From positions 1-64,000 of the IMG/VR virus record IMGVR_UViG_3300005573_001166: DNA of 64,000 bases; one strand, given 5' to 3'. This DNA comes from a virus. The translations under genes were made by a program, and so were the position numbers. The notes under the pieces were generated by a model. The model was not told the DNA's origin, made no database searches, and saw nothing but the letters and a program-made list of their open reading frames with translations. Position 1 is the stretch's first letter; each line of letters begins with the position of its first letter. Positions 7,201 to 16,820 of this stretch are shown piece by piece.

Positions 7201-8166
7201 ATGTACAGCAAGAATATAGGGATAATGGGCTTGGGGGGTATAGGCGACACTATAATGTTATCCGACATAGCGAAGAAGGTTTACGAGCATACAGGAGACA
7301 AGCCTACTCTTATAATAAGGGAGGGGGCAGAACTATTTACCGGCAATCCGCATGTATTGGATATAGTGCAGGTAGGGGATCAACATTGGGTAGACTGTTT
7401 TTTACAGAATAGGTATAGATATAGACTTTTTTGTGTAGTAAGGAATTTTACGGCAAGATTTTACAACGGGGATATAGGAACAGAGCCCCACAAGCAGTTG
7501 CAATTTGCATACGACAATCATATAATATACCGCTTTCCTCAGATTACATCTATATTTGATACAGAGTCTTTACGCATGTTTCGATCTCAGATGGTAGCAT
7601 TAAGTGTAGGTTTACCTACGGATATAGCAGTAAAGGCATATGCAGACAATTATTTTGAAGTACCTAAAGAGTTCCTTGTAATAAGTAGCGTGAGGCATGT
7701 AGGATCATCTAAAAAGTTATGGAATACTAGGCAGTGGCCGTTACATCATTGCATGACTTTTATATCTTTACAAAAAATGCCTGTATTGCAGCTGGGCACA
7801 AAGGAGGATACAGCTATCCCCGGTGCAATAGATTTAAGGGGGAAGACCAGCTTATTGCAGGTATTGTACATATTAAAGAAGGCAGCGTGCATAATATCGA
7901 TAGAGGGGGGATTAATGCATTTAGCATATGCTGTTAATGCTCCTAGGGTTGTAATACTACAGGGACCTACAGCATCATATGAAACTGCATATCCAGGACA
8001 TGTTATAATAGAGCCTTACGTTTGCAAGGGGTGTTGGGGGCAATGCACAGATTGGCATACAAAGTGTATAAGGGAGATAGACATGTTTTGCATGAGATCT
8101 ATAACTCCTTACAGGGTAAACTATGCAGTTAGGAGGTTACTGGATGAAGATTTGGCTGAGAATTAA
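7201..8166 (+). CDS. GT9 (heptosyltransferase-like) glycosyltransferase
   Basis: GGIGD, RQWP, DLRGKTSL, EGGLMHLAYAV and GPT motifs; Cys-rich tail. Confidence 0.85.
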   Translation: MYSKNIGIMGLGGIGDTIMLSDIAKKVYEHTGDKPTLIIREGAELFTGNPHVLDIVQVGDQHWVDCFLQNRYRYRLFCVVRNFTARFYNGDIGTEPHKQLQFAYDNHIIYRFPQITSIFDTESLRMFRSQMVALSVGLPTDIAVKAYADNYFEVPKEFLVISSVRHVGSSKKLWNTRQWPLHHCMTFISLQKMPVLQLGTKEDTAIPGAIDLRGKTSLLQVLYILKKAACIISIEGGLMHLAYAVNAPRVVILQGPTASYETAYPGHVIIEPYVCKGCWGQCTDWHTKCIREIDMFCMRSITPYRVNYAVRRLLDEDLAEN

Positions 8167-9169
8167 TGCTTTGGAGCCTATAAGTAGTTGGGTAATTGTT
8201 TGGCAGGAATTGGTAAAAGCTTTAAAGGAGGTAGGGCATACAGTACATTCCGATTTAAACACTATACCTCCATCTCCGGAAGAGTATATAGAGTTTTGGT
8301 GGGGGGATCCTATTTTTTGGGAATGGAGTCCGGAGACTGTATTATATAGGGTAGGTTATGCGTTATCGGAGGCAAGATCTTTATACAAAAAGAGTTTTGC
8401 AATAAAGGGGGTACAGAAATGCAATCTTTTACTTTGCCCTTCATTCCATGCTTCTATTGCTTTTTTAGAGGCTCCTATAGACATTCCTATAGAGATAGTA
8501 CCTTTTGGCGTAGATACTAAGCATTATCATTATGTAGACAGAAGCAACTTAACACCCTTCAAATTTTTACATTTGGGAGCGGCACAATTCAGGAAGGGGA
8601 GTTGGTTAGTACCGGAAGCATTTATAAAGACATTTACTAGAAAGGAGCCGGTACATTTAACTATTTCTTCCTTTCACGATACAGAGATGGCAAGATCTTT
8701 GGAGAAGGAGTATGGAGGGCATCCTAATATAACTTTTAACATAAAGATGGAACCCGACTCCTTTCCTATATATCAACAGCACCACGTATTAGTCTCTCCC
8801 CATTTAAGTGAGGGATGGGGTATGTGTATAACGGAAGCAATGAGTACAGGGATGGCTTGTTTAGTAGCAAGATGTTATACTCCTAGAGAGTTTTTTAGAC
8901 CAGATTTCGGTTGGTGGATAGAGATGAGTGAGGATTACGCACCTGTATCTAATTGCTTACCTGGAACAGGAGGTTTATGGAGGATACCTGATATAGAGAG
9001 TTTAGCAGCAGGTATGAGATATGCAGCTGACCATCCGGAGGAAGTAATAAGTAAAGGTAAGGCAGCATCTGCATACATAGGGAGTAACTATACTTGGGAA
9101 CTGACGGCAGAGAAAATAACATCTATTTTATCTCAGTATGTATTTGGTTCTACAATGCACTGGCAGTAA
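8144..9169 (+). CDS. GT4 (GT-B) glycosyltransferase
   Basis: PFGVD, FRKG and EGWGMCITEAM (E-x7-E). Start at ATG 8144 after GGAGG. Confidence 0.9.
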   Translation: MKIWLRINALEPISSWVIVWQELVKALKEVGHTVHSDLNTIPPSPEEYIEFWWGDPIFWEWSPETVLYRVGYALSEARSLYKKSFAIKGVQKCNLLLCPSFHASIAFLEAPIDIPIEIVPFGVDTKHYHYVDRSNLTPFKFLHLGAAQFRKGSWLVPEAFIKTFTRKEPVHLTISSFHDTEMARSLEKEYGGHPNITFNIKMEPDSFPIYQQHHVLVSPHLSEGWGMCITEAMSTGMACLVARCYTPREFFRPDFGWWIEMSEDYAPVSNCLPGTGGLWRIPDIESLAAGMRYAADHPEEVISKGKAASAYIGSNYTWELTAEKITSILSQYVFGSTMHWQ

Positions 9170-9180
9170 GGAGGTAGATA

Positions 9181-10110
9181 ATGAGGATTGCGGTGCAAAG
9201 ATTGGACGGTTTAGGGGGGACAGCAACAGTAACAGATCAAGTAAAGAAGATATACGATATTACAGGCATGCCTGTTACTTTGGTAATAAGAAGGTATAAG
9301 GAGTTATTCTTGAACAACCCTTACATAGAAGACGTTATTGAGGTAGGTGATGAGTATTTTAAATCTGTTACCGACAAATACAGCAAACAATTTGATATAT
9401 ACTGCGATATTAGATTTGTCGTAGGAAAGTGGTATTTTAGTATACCTGATATCTCTGTTGATTTTACTAAGTGGCAGGTGTTATATGACAGGCATCCCAC
9501 CCATAGAGATAAGTATTGCAAAGAGGCAAACGATATAGATTTATTAGGTTTAAACCAAATACAGATCGTAGATATGAGTTTGGGATTACCTTATGATACT
9601 ATGGATGTTAAGCTGTATACTGATTATAAGATAGACCTCCCCTATCGTTTTGTGGTTGTTGCTGCAGGGGCAGACGAAGTACATAAGGGGAAGGAGCTAA
9701 CCAAGCAGTGGTATGGTTGGGATACTCTTGTCTCCTTAATGCCTAAAAGAGTAGTACAAGTAGGCACATCATACGACCCTTACATATCGGGTGCTTATGA
9801 TTACAGAGGTAAAACTTCTATACCTGAGTTAATATATGTATTAAAGAAAGCGGATTGCGTGATATGTATAGAAGGAGGCATAATGCACTTAGCATATGCA
9901 GTAGGTGCAAAGACTATAGTTTTAAGAGGACCTACTGCAAGTGACGTATACAGATATCCCGACCAAGTATGTATAGACTCGTACCCTTGCAAAAACTGCT
10001 GGGGAACAGAGATAGACTGGTTTAAGAAATGCCCTTTATCTTTAAACAAGGTATGCATGCGATCAATAACCCCAGAGAGAGTTTTAAATGCATATTACGA
10101 GGTCGATTAA
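9181..10110 (+). CDS. GT9 glycosyltransferase, paralog of 7201-8166
   Basis: DYRGKTSIPEL, EGGIMHLAYAV, GPT and CMRSITPERV. Confidence 0.85.
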   Translation: MRIAVQRLDGLGGTATVTDQVKKIYDITGMPVTLVIRRYKELFLNNPYIEDVIEVGDEYFKSVTDKYSKQFDIYCDIRFVVGKWYFSIPDISVDFTKWQVLYDRHPTHRDKYCKEANDIDLLGLNQIQIVDMSLGLPYDTMDVKLYTDYKIDLPYRFVVVAAGADEVHKGKELTKQWYGWDTLVSLMPKRVVQVGTSYDPYISGAYDYRGKTSIPELIYVLKKADCVICIEGGIMHLAYAVGAKTIVLRGPTASDVYRYPDQVCIDSYPCKNCWGTEIDWFKKCPLSLNKVCMRSITPERVLNAYYEVD

Positions 10111-10365
10111 ATGGATTTCCACCAACTACTAGATCTTTATTTAAGAATATTAGAAGACATACATATACACGTATCCCCTAAAATAAGACAACATGCCCAA
10201 TATATCCCACATAAAATAACAGAAGAGATAGAGAAACATCCTAATAAAATACGTATAATTAAACAGTATATAAGATATTACAATAAACAATCCCCTTTAG
10301 ACAGTATTGAGCTTCCTACTTTACGAGACTGGCTAGACACTTCTAATCGGAGGCCTCGTATATAA
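10111..10365 (+). CDS. hypothetical protein
   Basis: Abuts the upstream stop; GAGG upstream. Confidence 0.45.
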   Translation: MDFHQLLDLYLRILEDIHIHVSPKIRQHAQYIPHKITEEIEKHPNKIRIIKQYIRYYNKQSPLDSIELPTLRDWLDTSNRRPRI

Positions 10366-10417
10366 TTACATATAAAATTTATAAAAGGCCTTTATAGGGG
10401 GGAATAGGCCGGTTTTT
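10361..10417 (+). promoter_or_regulatory. conserved intergenic element, copy A
   Basis: TAATTACATA-N8-ATAAAAGGCCTTTATAGGGGGGAATAGGCCGGTTTTT matches 63717-63771 and 35501-35521. Confidence 0.55.
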
Positions 10418-10516
10418 AGGGGGATTTTCAGTCCATTCTTTTGCGGGGGATATATTTTACAGAGGGGAGAGTTACTTGGTTTGTATAATGGGTTTATAAA
10501 AGGGAGGTAGTGCTTT

Positions 10517-10768
10517 TTGACTGATACAGAATTGCAAACATTTTTTTCTAAGGTATTAAAAGTTTCTGCAGGTAGTGTTATATGTTTATACACGCGAGGG
10601 CATAAGCTGGTGTTAACGGATGTAGTGGCTATTACTCCTATAGTGATAGACAAGGATGTAATACTTCAGATTACGTATTCAGGAGGAGTTTCGGTATTTA
10701 GGGAATGGGAGGGTATAACTATAGATACGAAAAGTCCCAGACCTGATTTTCAAGTAAAGGGGGTATAA
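10517..10768 (+). CDS. hypothetical protein
   Basis: TTG start with GGGAGG SD. Confidence 0.65.
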   Translation: MTDTELQTFFSKVLKVSAGSVICLYTRGHKLVLTDVVAITPIVIDKDVILQITYSGGVSVFREWEGITIDTKSPRPDFQVKGV

Positions 10769-10773
10769 TAAAA

Positions 10774-11121
10774 ATGGGAGACGATAGACCTGTAGTAGTG
10801 AGACGTTTAGTGGAGCCTGAAGAGCAGAAGGTAGAGCATACTACCTCAGAGAGTGTACCTGGAGTAGTTTTAATATCTCATTTTCCTGATACATATTTGG
10901 TAGTACCTTTAGGTTTTCAGGTAGGAGGGGATAACGTACAGGAAAACGGGGTAGATCAGGAGACTGCTAAAAGTTTAATAATTAGGTTTCTTGGCATTAG
11001 AGAGCTTGGGGAGTCGGTATTGACTGCATTTAATAGATTATGGATGGGGGCATTAGAACGTGTTCAGAGAGGCGAGAGGGCGATTTTTGTTATAGAAGAC
11101 GGGGATGTAAGGTTATTATGA
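10774..11121 (+). CDS. hypothetical protein
   Basis: ORF in operon. Confidence 0.65.
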   Translation: MGDDRPVVVRRLVEPEEQKVEHTTSESVPGVVLISHFPDTYLVVPLGFQVGGDNVQENGVDQETAKSLIIRFLGIRELGESVLTAFNRLWMGALERVQRGERAIFVIEDGDVRLL

Positions 11122-11351
11122 CAGAGAATTTTAGGGTAGAGGGTTTTTGTTCTATATGTAACAGCCCTCTTATATTTATGGCAGGTAAGCAGATAAAAAG
11201 CAATGTATGGATGTTGCTGGAGCCTATAAAATGCAGCCATTGCGGCTTTACCCTTACAGCAGTATTGCAGGACAATCTGAGTCGATTTTGGGGAAGGAGT
11301 AGTGTTTACAGTGGATGGGACAAGAAAGGCAGTAGATTTGAGTTCTCTTAG
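11118..11351 (+). CDS. small zinc-ribbon protein
   Basis: CSIC...CSHC; ATGA overlap at 11118. Confidence 0.6.
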   Translation: MTENFRVEGFCSICNSPLIFMAGKQIKSNVWMLLEPIKCSHCGFTLTAVLQDNLSRFWGRSSVYSGWDKKGSRFEFS

Positions 11352-11517
11352 AGGACAAAAATCATTTACATGCGAGGTTTGTAATAGTATTTTATCTTTT
11401 CTGGAGGGCAGGTTACATACAAGTATTTGGTACTGTACTAAATGTAATCTATACAAGGAGTACTCCAAAGAGGGAATACTTTTAAGGACATTTTTCAGGG
11501 AGGAGAAGGATGGCTAG
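11302..11517 (+). CDS. small zinc-ribbon protein
   Basis: CEVC...CTKC; GTG start after AGGAG. Confidence 0.6.
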   Translation: MFTVDGTRKAVDLSSLRGQKSFTCEVCNSILSFLEGRLHTSIWYCTKCNLYKEYSKEGILLRTFFREEKDG

Positions 11518-11821
11518 TATAGAGGAGATTTTTGCTACCAAGCAGCAAGAGCTTGCACCAGTGGGGTATACTTTTTACTCCAAAAAGATTACAGATAGTA
11601 TTTCGACTTTAGTTTTATACAATACTATTTCTAAGGGGTTTACTGTTTTTACGTATACAGGCGGGCAGTTAACTAGAACGGACATGTTTTTATGTGTTGG
11701 AGAGGATAAGGCAGAAAAACTTGGAAAAAAGGTTATATCTCCTTATACTGTATATAAGAATGAGGAGGGTTTTTGGGTTGTTAAAGCTCTTCAATCTTCA
11801 GATTCCCATATCCCAGATTGA
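11510..11821 (+). CDS. hypothetical protein
   Basis: SD present; ORF in operon. Confidence 0.6.
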   Translation: MASIEEIFATKQQELAPVGYTFYSKKITDSISTLVLYNTISKGFTVFTYTGGQLTRTDMFLCVGEDKAEKLGKKVISPYTVYKNEEGFWVVKALQSSDSHIPD

Positions 11822-12716
11822 GTCTGATTTAAGCAGGTATTTGAAAAAGGATGTTAAGATTGAGGGTATACAGGTAGATATAGCTAGAGAAACTTCAGGC
11901 AGCAGATTGGCAATTGCAACTATCTCTACTCCAAAGAAGTATGTATTCCTTGTTAAGGAGAGTACGGAGCATGAGTTAAATATTTTACATATAGTAAATA
12001 AAGTAGTAGGAAAGTTTGTGCCTAGGGTACTTAGGTGGGATAAGGGGGAGAGTGTATTTATTTGGCTGGAGAATGTGCCCGGTTGGCTAAATCCCTTTTT
12101 GTTTAAAGTAGCGGAAACATTGATAGATGTTATTTTTGAGTATCATTCTTATACTATTTTCAATTACAAAGAGGTGGGGGAAACATTCTCGCTACAGCCT
12201 CCGGATAAGGGATACATAACATCTGTATGTGACAAAGCGTTGGAGGCATTATATAGGGATCAGATAATAGAGAAATCGGATTTAGATTGCATAAAGAAGA
12301 GGTTAGGAGATACTTTAAATGCGTTTAAGCAGGCTACTTTTCCTTTAGTGCTAGCCCACGGATACTTTGTACCTAGCGTTATAAGAGCGGAGGGAGACAG
12401 GGTAGTTTTTTATGATTGGAATTGTTCTTCATTAACATACCCACAGATAGACTTGGTATTGCTGATGGACAGAATAATAACTATAAGTAACTACCAGAGG
12501 TATCCGTGTGATACCGATTTTTTATTACATAGATACTTAAGGGAACTTGATGATTTAGGAGTAAAGGGCGACTTTTATTCTATTTACAATACTTGTTATT
12601 TCTTTAAGATACTGCCGCTACTTAGGCATTGGTCATTATGCAAACCAGTAGACGAACGAGTAGAGGCAGAAGTCAAGAGTAAGATAGCAACTATGAAGAG
12701 GCTGGAGGTGATATAG
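11778..12716 (+). CDS. aminoglycoside/choline kinase (APH)-fold protein with degenerate catalytic loop
   Basis: VKE...HEL, VPRVL, WLENV, LAHGYFVPSVI (HGD-x4-N expected), FYDW and DL. Start uncertain: TTG 11778 after GAGGAGG. Confidence 0.65.
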   Translation: MLKLFNLQIPISQIESDLSRYLKKDVKIEGIQVDIARETSGSRLAIATISTPKKYVFLVKESTEHELNILHIVNKVVGKFVPRVLRWDKGESVFIWLENVPGWLNPFLFKVAETLIDVIFEYHSYTIFNYKEVGETFSLQPPDKGYITSVCDKALEALYRDQIIEKSDLDCIKKRLGDTLNAFKQATFPLVLAHGYFVPSVIRAEGDRVVFYDWNCSSLTYPQIDLVLLMDRIITISNYQRYPCDTDFLLHRYLRELDDLGVKGDFYSIYNTCYFFKILPLLRHWSLCKPVDERVEAEVKSKIATMKRLEVI

Positions 12717-13009
12717 TGGAGGCTTTTAAGTTGTGGGGAGAGGAGATAAGACCAGAAATTCCTTGGTTATCCCAAGAAAAGCAATATTTTCAGATGTGGA
12801 GAAATTCGGAGGTATTGGCAAGTATGTCATTTGCTGTTTGCACTCAATGTCAGAAACCTTTTGGTATTTTCTCGGAGTTATGTCAAAAACAGTTAAAATG
12901 CCCCTACTGTGGAGAGAGTGCAGTATTAGAAAAGCCTGCTCCCTTACTAACCAAAATACTTAAGGAGATTTTAAAATTAAAGAAATGCCAGAAACGTTTA
13001 AGACCTTAA
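12716..13009 (+). CDS. zinc-ribbon protein
   Basis: CTQC...CPYC. Confidence 0.6.
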   Translation: MEAFKLWGEEIRPEIPWLSQEKQYFQMWRNSEVLASMSFAVCTQCQKPFGIFSELCQKQLKCPYCGESAVLEKPAPLLTKILKEILKLKKCQKRLRP

Positions 13010-13860
13010 TAATAGATTCCTCCTACCTAGCATATCGCTCCTATTTTGCATTAGCAGATGCGGAAGCAGAGCAGCATATGGTTCAAAGCTTTATAAGGAG
13101 TTTATGGACAACAGTATTTAGGTTTGAGATACAACAGGTTATATTAGCTTGGGATGGGGGGCATGTTTATAAGTCACAGCTATATGAAGGGTATAGACAG
13201 AAAGTTGACATTCTTACTCCATCCCAAAGGCAGGATTTCAAATCTCAATTTTCTTTATTGAAGGAGATACTTTCGGGTATAGGGTTGAAAAGTTGCATGC
13301 AGGACGGTGTAGAGGCAGACGATGTGATAGCTTTTTTATGTAGAAATAAACACATACCCACTAAAATTGGAGAGGGCTACGAGGTACAGTATCCTATTCT
13401 GATACTATCAAGCGACCATGATTTATATCCTTTACTTTCTAAAGACATTGCTATGCTTAAAGGCAAGGGCATACCTTATACAGAGGACTCTTTCCGAGAG
13501 GAATTTTCCGGGTTGAGTCCTGATAAATATCATATAATGCAGTCACTTATGGGATGTAGCAGTGATAAGGTGCCTGGAGTTAAGGGGGTAGGGGTAAAGC
13601 ATGCAATCAAGCTTATAAGCAGATATGGCAGCCTAGAAGAGTTAAGGAGTGCACCTAGAGTCGATAGGATAATATCTTTGGTGCAAGATAATTGGGAAAG
13701 TGTAGAGCTCAGTTATAAATTGGCGATTTTCCAGGAAGTTTCTCCAGTATTAGAGATAGGTGTTAAGGATTTGCCCCGTGTAAGAAGGCTTTTATACAAA
13801 CATCAGTTATATATGTTGTTAGACAATTGGAACAACATAGTGAAGTTATCTGTTTTGTGA
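12985..13860 (+). CDS. 5'-3' exonuclease / flap endonuclease (PolI N-terminal type)
   Basis: IIDSSYLAYRSYFA, AWDGG, EADDVIA, SSDHDL and SDKVPGVKGVG (H3TH). Confidence 0.92.
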   Translation: MPETFKTLIIDSSYLAYRSYFALADAEAEQHMVQSFIRSLWTTVFRFEIQQVILAWDGGHVYKSQLYEGYRQKVDILTPSQRQDFKSQFSLLKEILSGIGLKSCMQDGVEADDVIAFLCRNKHIPTKIGEGYEVQYPILILSSDHDLYPLLSKDIAMLKGKGIPYTEDSFREEFSGLSPDKYHIMQSLMGCSSDKVPGVKGVGVKHAIKLISRYGSLEELRSAPRVDRIISLVQDNWESVELSYKLAIFQEVSPVLEIGVKDLPRVRRLLYKHQLYMLLDNWNNIVKLSVL

Positions 13861-13870
13861 GGATAGAGAT

Positions 13871-14887
13871 ATGGATGCAAGTCGTTTAAAACAGGGGGTG
13901 CCTACCAGAAAAGACGGAGGCTATGAGCGATTAGCAAAGTTATTAAAGGCAGAAGCAAGCAAGAAGTTACTATACGAATCTCCCATTTCTTATTCTTCCG
14001 CTACTGCTAAAAGTAAGGCTATATACCGGAAAATAATGCAGTGTATAGAGAAGACGAAATCTACAATAGAGGAATTTGCAACTTTTGTTTTTTTAAATGA
14101 TTGGAGTTGGATGAGGGAAGGCGTACCTAATCTTGGGTATCTAGGTAGCGATCAATTTTTAGATACTTTCAAATGGTATGTCTCTAACAAACAGGAGTTA
14201 ACGAGGAGTAAGGAAGTATTAGATTATTATAATAACACTTTCAAGGCGTCATTAAACGATATAGCCTCTCAAAGACTAGCTCTTAAGATACATCACTTTT
14301 TGAAAAAGCATTTCGCTTCTGTATCTTCTTTTTTCTCATACATTAAAAGCATTAACTGGAGAAACGGACGTCCCTCTCTTACTTACCTAGCTTCAGATAC
14401 CTTTCTTAATCAGTTTTATGCAAGCGGTGGTTATTTGCAAGTGAGGAGAAACGGAGCTACCTACTTAAGTAGAATATTAGAAAGACTGAAGACTTATGCT
14501 ACAGGCAACTCTGAGTGTAATTTTGAAGATTTTAACTGGGAGATAGCCGAATTAATCTTAAAGCCTCTAAGTTCGAGTAGTATTCCAAAAAAATACCAGC
14601 CTCTTTTAAACAAATTACTAACCCTCCTTTCTAATACAGAATCACCTTCATTGGGGAAGTACGTGGTAACGCCGCAGGGACGGTTGACTCCTTTGGGCGT
14701 TTTTTGGATAGCACTAGCTGCTTTTAACGTCGAAAATTTTTATGTGGGGAGTTGGAGGCAAGAACTTTGTAAATATATACATCAGGATGTAAATTCTTCT
14801 TATATTTTGGAGGTTAGACATGTTTCAAGAAGAACACGGGTTGATAGTACAAGAGTATCTGGAGTTGGGGTCAAAGATCAAAAGTGA
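13871..14887 (+). CDS. hypothetical protein, candidate replication initiator
   Basis: Lies before DnaC-like, DnaB and DnaG. Internal duplication W-x2-3-G-x-P-x-L-x-YL-x-SD-x-FL. Confidence 0.5.
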   Translation: MDASRLKQGVPTRKDGGYERLAKLLKAEASKKLLYESPISYSSATAKSKAIYRKIMQCIEKTKSTIEEFATFVFLNDWSWMREGVPNLGYLGSDQFLDTFKWYVSNKQELTRSKEVLDYYNNTFKASLNDIASQRLALKIHHFLKKHFASVSSFFSYIKSINWRNGRPSLTYLASDTFLNQFYASGGYLQVRRNGATYLSRILERLKTYATGNSECNFEDFNWEIAELILKPLSSSSIPKKYQPLLNKLLTLLSNTESPSLGKYVVTPQGRLTPLGVFWIALAAFNVENFYVGSWRQELCKYIHQDVNSSYILEVRHVSRRTRVDSTRVSGVGVKDQK

Positions 14888-15455
14888 TCTTTTAGCTAAA
14901 TCATTGCCTCCGGAAGAGTTCGACAAACAGTTTTCTCTTTACTTGGCTTATACGTATGCCCGTATTCCTCCAGAGTATTGGGAGTTTAATCCCAGTATGG
15001 GTAGGTCGGTATCTAGGGTAGTTAATAAGTTTATAGAAGAAGCTGCTGTGGGTGTGGGTTTGACGTTAGCAGGGAGTCATCCTTTTGCAAAAACGGATAT
15101 TTTATACTACATAGCTAGGAAGTTAACAGAAAAGGGACACACTTGTTTTACGTTATACTTCGATGAGTTTCTTTATATAGTGAAGGAGAGTAAAGAAAGT
15201 AGGGTTTTAAAGTTAGAGCTAGCAGATAGGATTAAATCTTCTTACTTCTTTTTACTAGATGTTCCAGAGGTTGTAGATGCAAGCCCTTTTATCCAAGATG
15301 CAATTGCTTTGATGCTATTACGTAAAGGAAGTCGGTTATCTACCTCCTTCTCAGTCAATACTAGTTTTTCTTTAGAAGACATCTCTGTTTCTTCTTTTTT
15401 AGGCAGACTTATCTTACCTTTCAACAAAGTAAATAAGTTTTTAGTAATAGATTAA
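14820..15455 (+). CDS. DnaC/IstB-like helicase loader, degenerate AAA+
   Basis: YARIPPEYW, then GLTLAGSHPFAKT at the Walker A position and FFLLDV at the Walker B position; directly upstream of DnaB. Confidence 0.6.
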   Translation: MFQEEHGLIVQEYLELGSKIKSDLLAKSLPPEEFDKQFSLYLAYTYARIPPEYWEFNPSMGRSVSRVVNKFIEEAAVGVGLTLAGSHPFAKTDILYYIARKLTEKGHTCFTLYFDEFLYIVKESKESRVLKLELADRIKSSYFFLLDVPEVVDASPFIQDAIALMLLRKGSRLSTSFSVNTSFSLEDISVSSFLGRLILPFNKVNKFLVID

Positions 15456-15487
15456 AGAAGCGGACTTTTTTTAGAGGGAGAGTACCA

Positions 15488-16816
15488 TTGCCAAAGTTTA
15501 ATACTTACAGCGATCCGGAGTTAGAGCAGAAAGTATTGGCAGCTTGTATACAAAGCTCAGAACCTTTTGCTTTACTAGATATGCTCCAGTCCCATTACTT
15601 TACTAATGAAGTAACGAGGGATCTTTTCACTGTTATAAAAGGACTTTCTCTATCTATAGGAGTACTGCCTACAGAAGCTGCTCTCAAATTAGAGCTTCAG
15701 AATAGATACATCAACTCCCCTCAAATAATAGATACCCTACTTACTACTTACACCCAATTACAATCTCTGCCTATAGACGTACCCCCTTCCTTCTTGGTTA
15801 AGAATCTTATTAACTTTGCCAGAGCTAGAGAAATGTTGTCTAGTATAGATAGAGCTGTTGCTAAGCTGTCTGAAGGAGATATAGAGGGCGCGATAAAGGA
15901 TTACCAGGCAGATGCTTTATCTTTACAGGCTTCCGATCCTGTTGTTACAGTATCTAGGGGTGAGTTTTTAGAGGAAGTTAATAAGAGGAAGGAGCTTCTT
16001 GAAGATATAAAACTGCATCCGGAGAAATACAGAGGCATACCTACAGGTATAGAGGAACTAGACGAGTTAACTCAGGGGTTATGGAGGGGGGAGTTAGGTT
16101 TCGTTTTTGGACGAACTGGTATAGGTAAAAGTTTCTTTCTTTTAGAGGTAGCACTAGCTGCTTTCAAATATGGATGTAAAGTTCTGGTAGTGACTGTAGA
16201 AATGCCTAAAACACAGTGGGAGAGAAGGTTGGATAGTAGGGTTTCTCATGTACCTTATGCCCATTTTAAAAGGGCTAGTTTGGATGAAATTGAATATAAG
16301 CAGTGGGAACGGTCTCTTGAGCACTTGAAAAGTAGGTACTATACAAAAGGGGCTAGGTTGTGGGTAACGCACATACCTTTTGGGTGTACTGTAGGGTCTA
16401 TAAGAGCTGAGATAGAATATTACAGAGGGCAAGGGACCCCTGTAGATATAGTAGTAATGGATTACGGCGATCTTATAACACCTTCCAGGCATCTATTTAG
16501 TGAGCAGGCAGAATTGACTTCTATATTCAGAGAGTTAAAAGGGCTTGCGCAGTTATATAATATACCTGTATGGACAGCAAGTCAATCTAAGGTAGGTACT
16601 TACAGATCGGCAAAATTAGATGTAGAGGATGTAGGGTATGCAGCAGGTAAGGCACACGTATCTGACCTAGTAGTAGGTATCTCGTGTACGGATGAGGATC
16701 AATTGGCAGGTAGAATGTCTCTACATATCGTAAAGTATAGAGATGGGGTAGCTAGTAAGCCTATAACCCTTAAACCGAAATTTGAAATATCTATGATAGA
16801 TTCTAAGGGCGTGTAA
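15488..16816 (+). CDS. dnaB: DnaB-like replicative helicase
   Basis: IPTGIEELD, GRTGIGKS, TVEM, VMDYGD, TASQ and KYRDG. Confidence 0.95.
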   Translation: MPKFNTYSDPELEQKVLAACIQSSEPFALLDMLQSHYFTNEVTRDLFTVIKGLSLSIGVLPTEAALKLELQNRYINSPQIIDTLLTTYTQLQSLPIDVPPSFLVKNLINFARAREMLSSIDRAVAKLSEGDIEGAIKDYQADALSLQASDPVVTVSRGEFLEEVNKRKELLEDIKLHPEKYRGIPTGIEELDELTQGLWRGELGFVFGRTGIGKSFFLLEVALAAFKYGCKVLVVTVEMPKTQWERRLDSRVSHVPYAHFKRASLDEIEYKQWERSLEHLKSRYYTKGARLWVTHIPFGCTVGSIRAEIEYYRGQGTPVDIVVMDYGDLITPSRHLFSEQAELTSIFRELKGLAQLYNIPVWTASQSKVGTYRSAKLDVEDVGYAAGKAHVSDLVVGISCTDEDQLAGRMSLHIVKYRDGVASKPITLKPKFEISMIDSKGV

Positions 16817-16820
16817 AAGT

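Noticed and set aside
10366-10653. Minus-strand 95-aa ORF across an intergenic gap
   Set aside because: Overlaps the conserved intergenic element and a plus-strand gene; no SD or motif.
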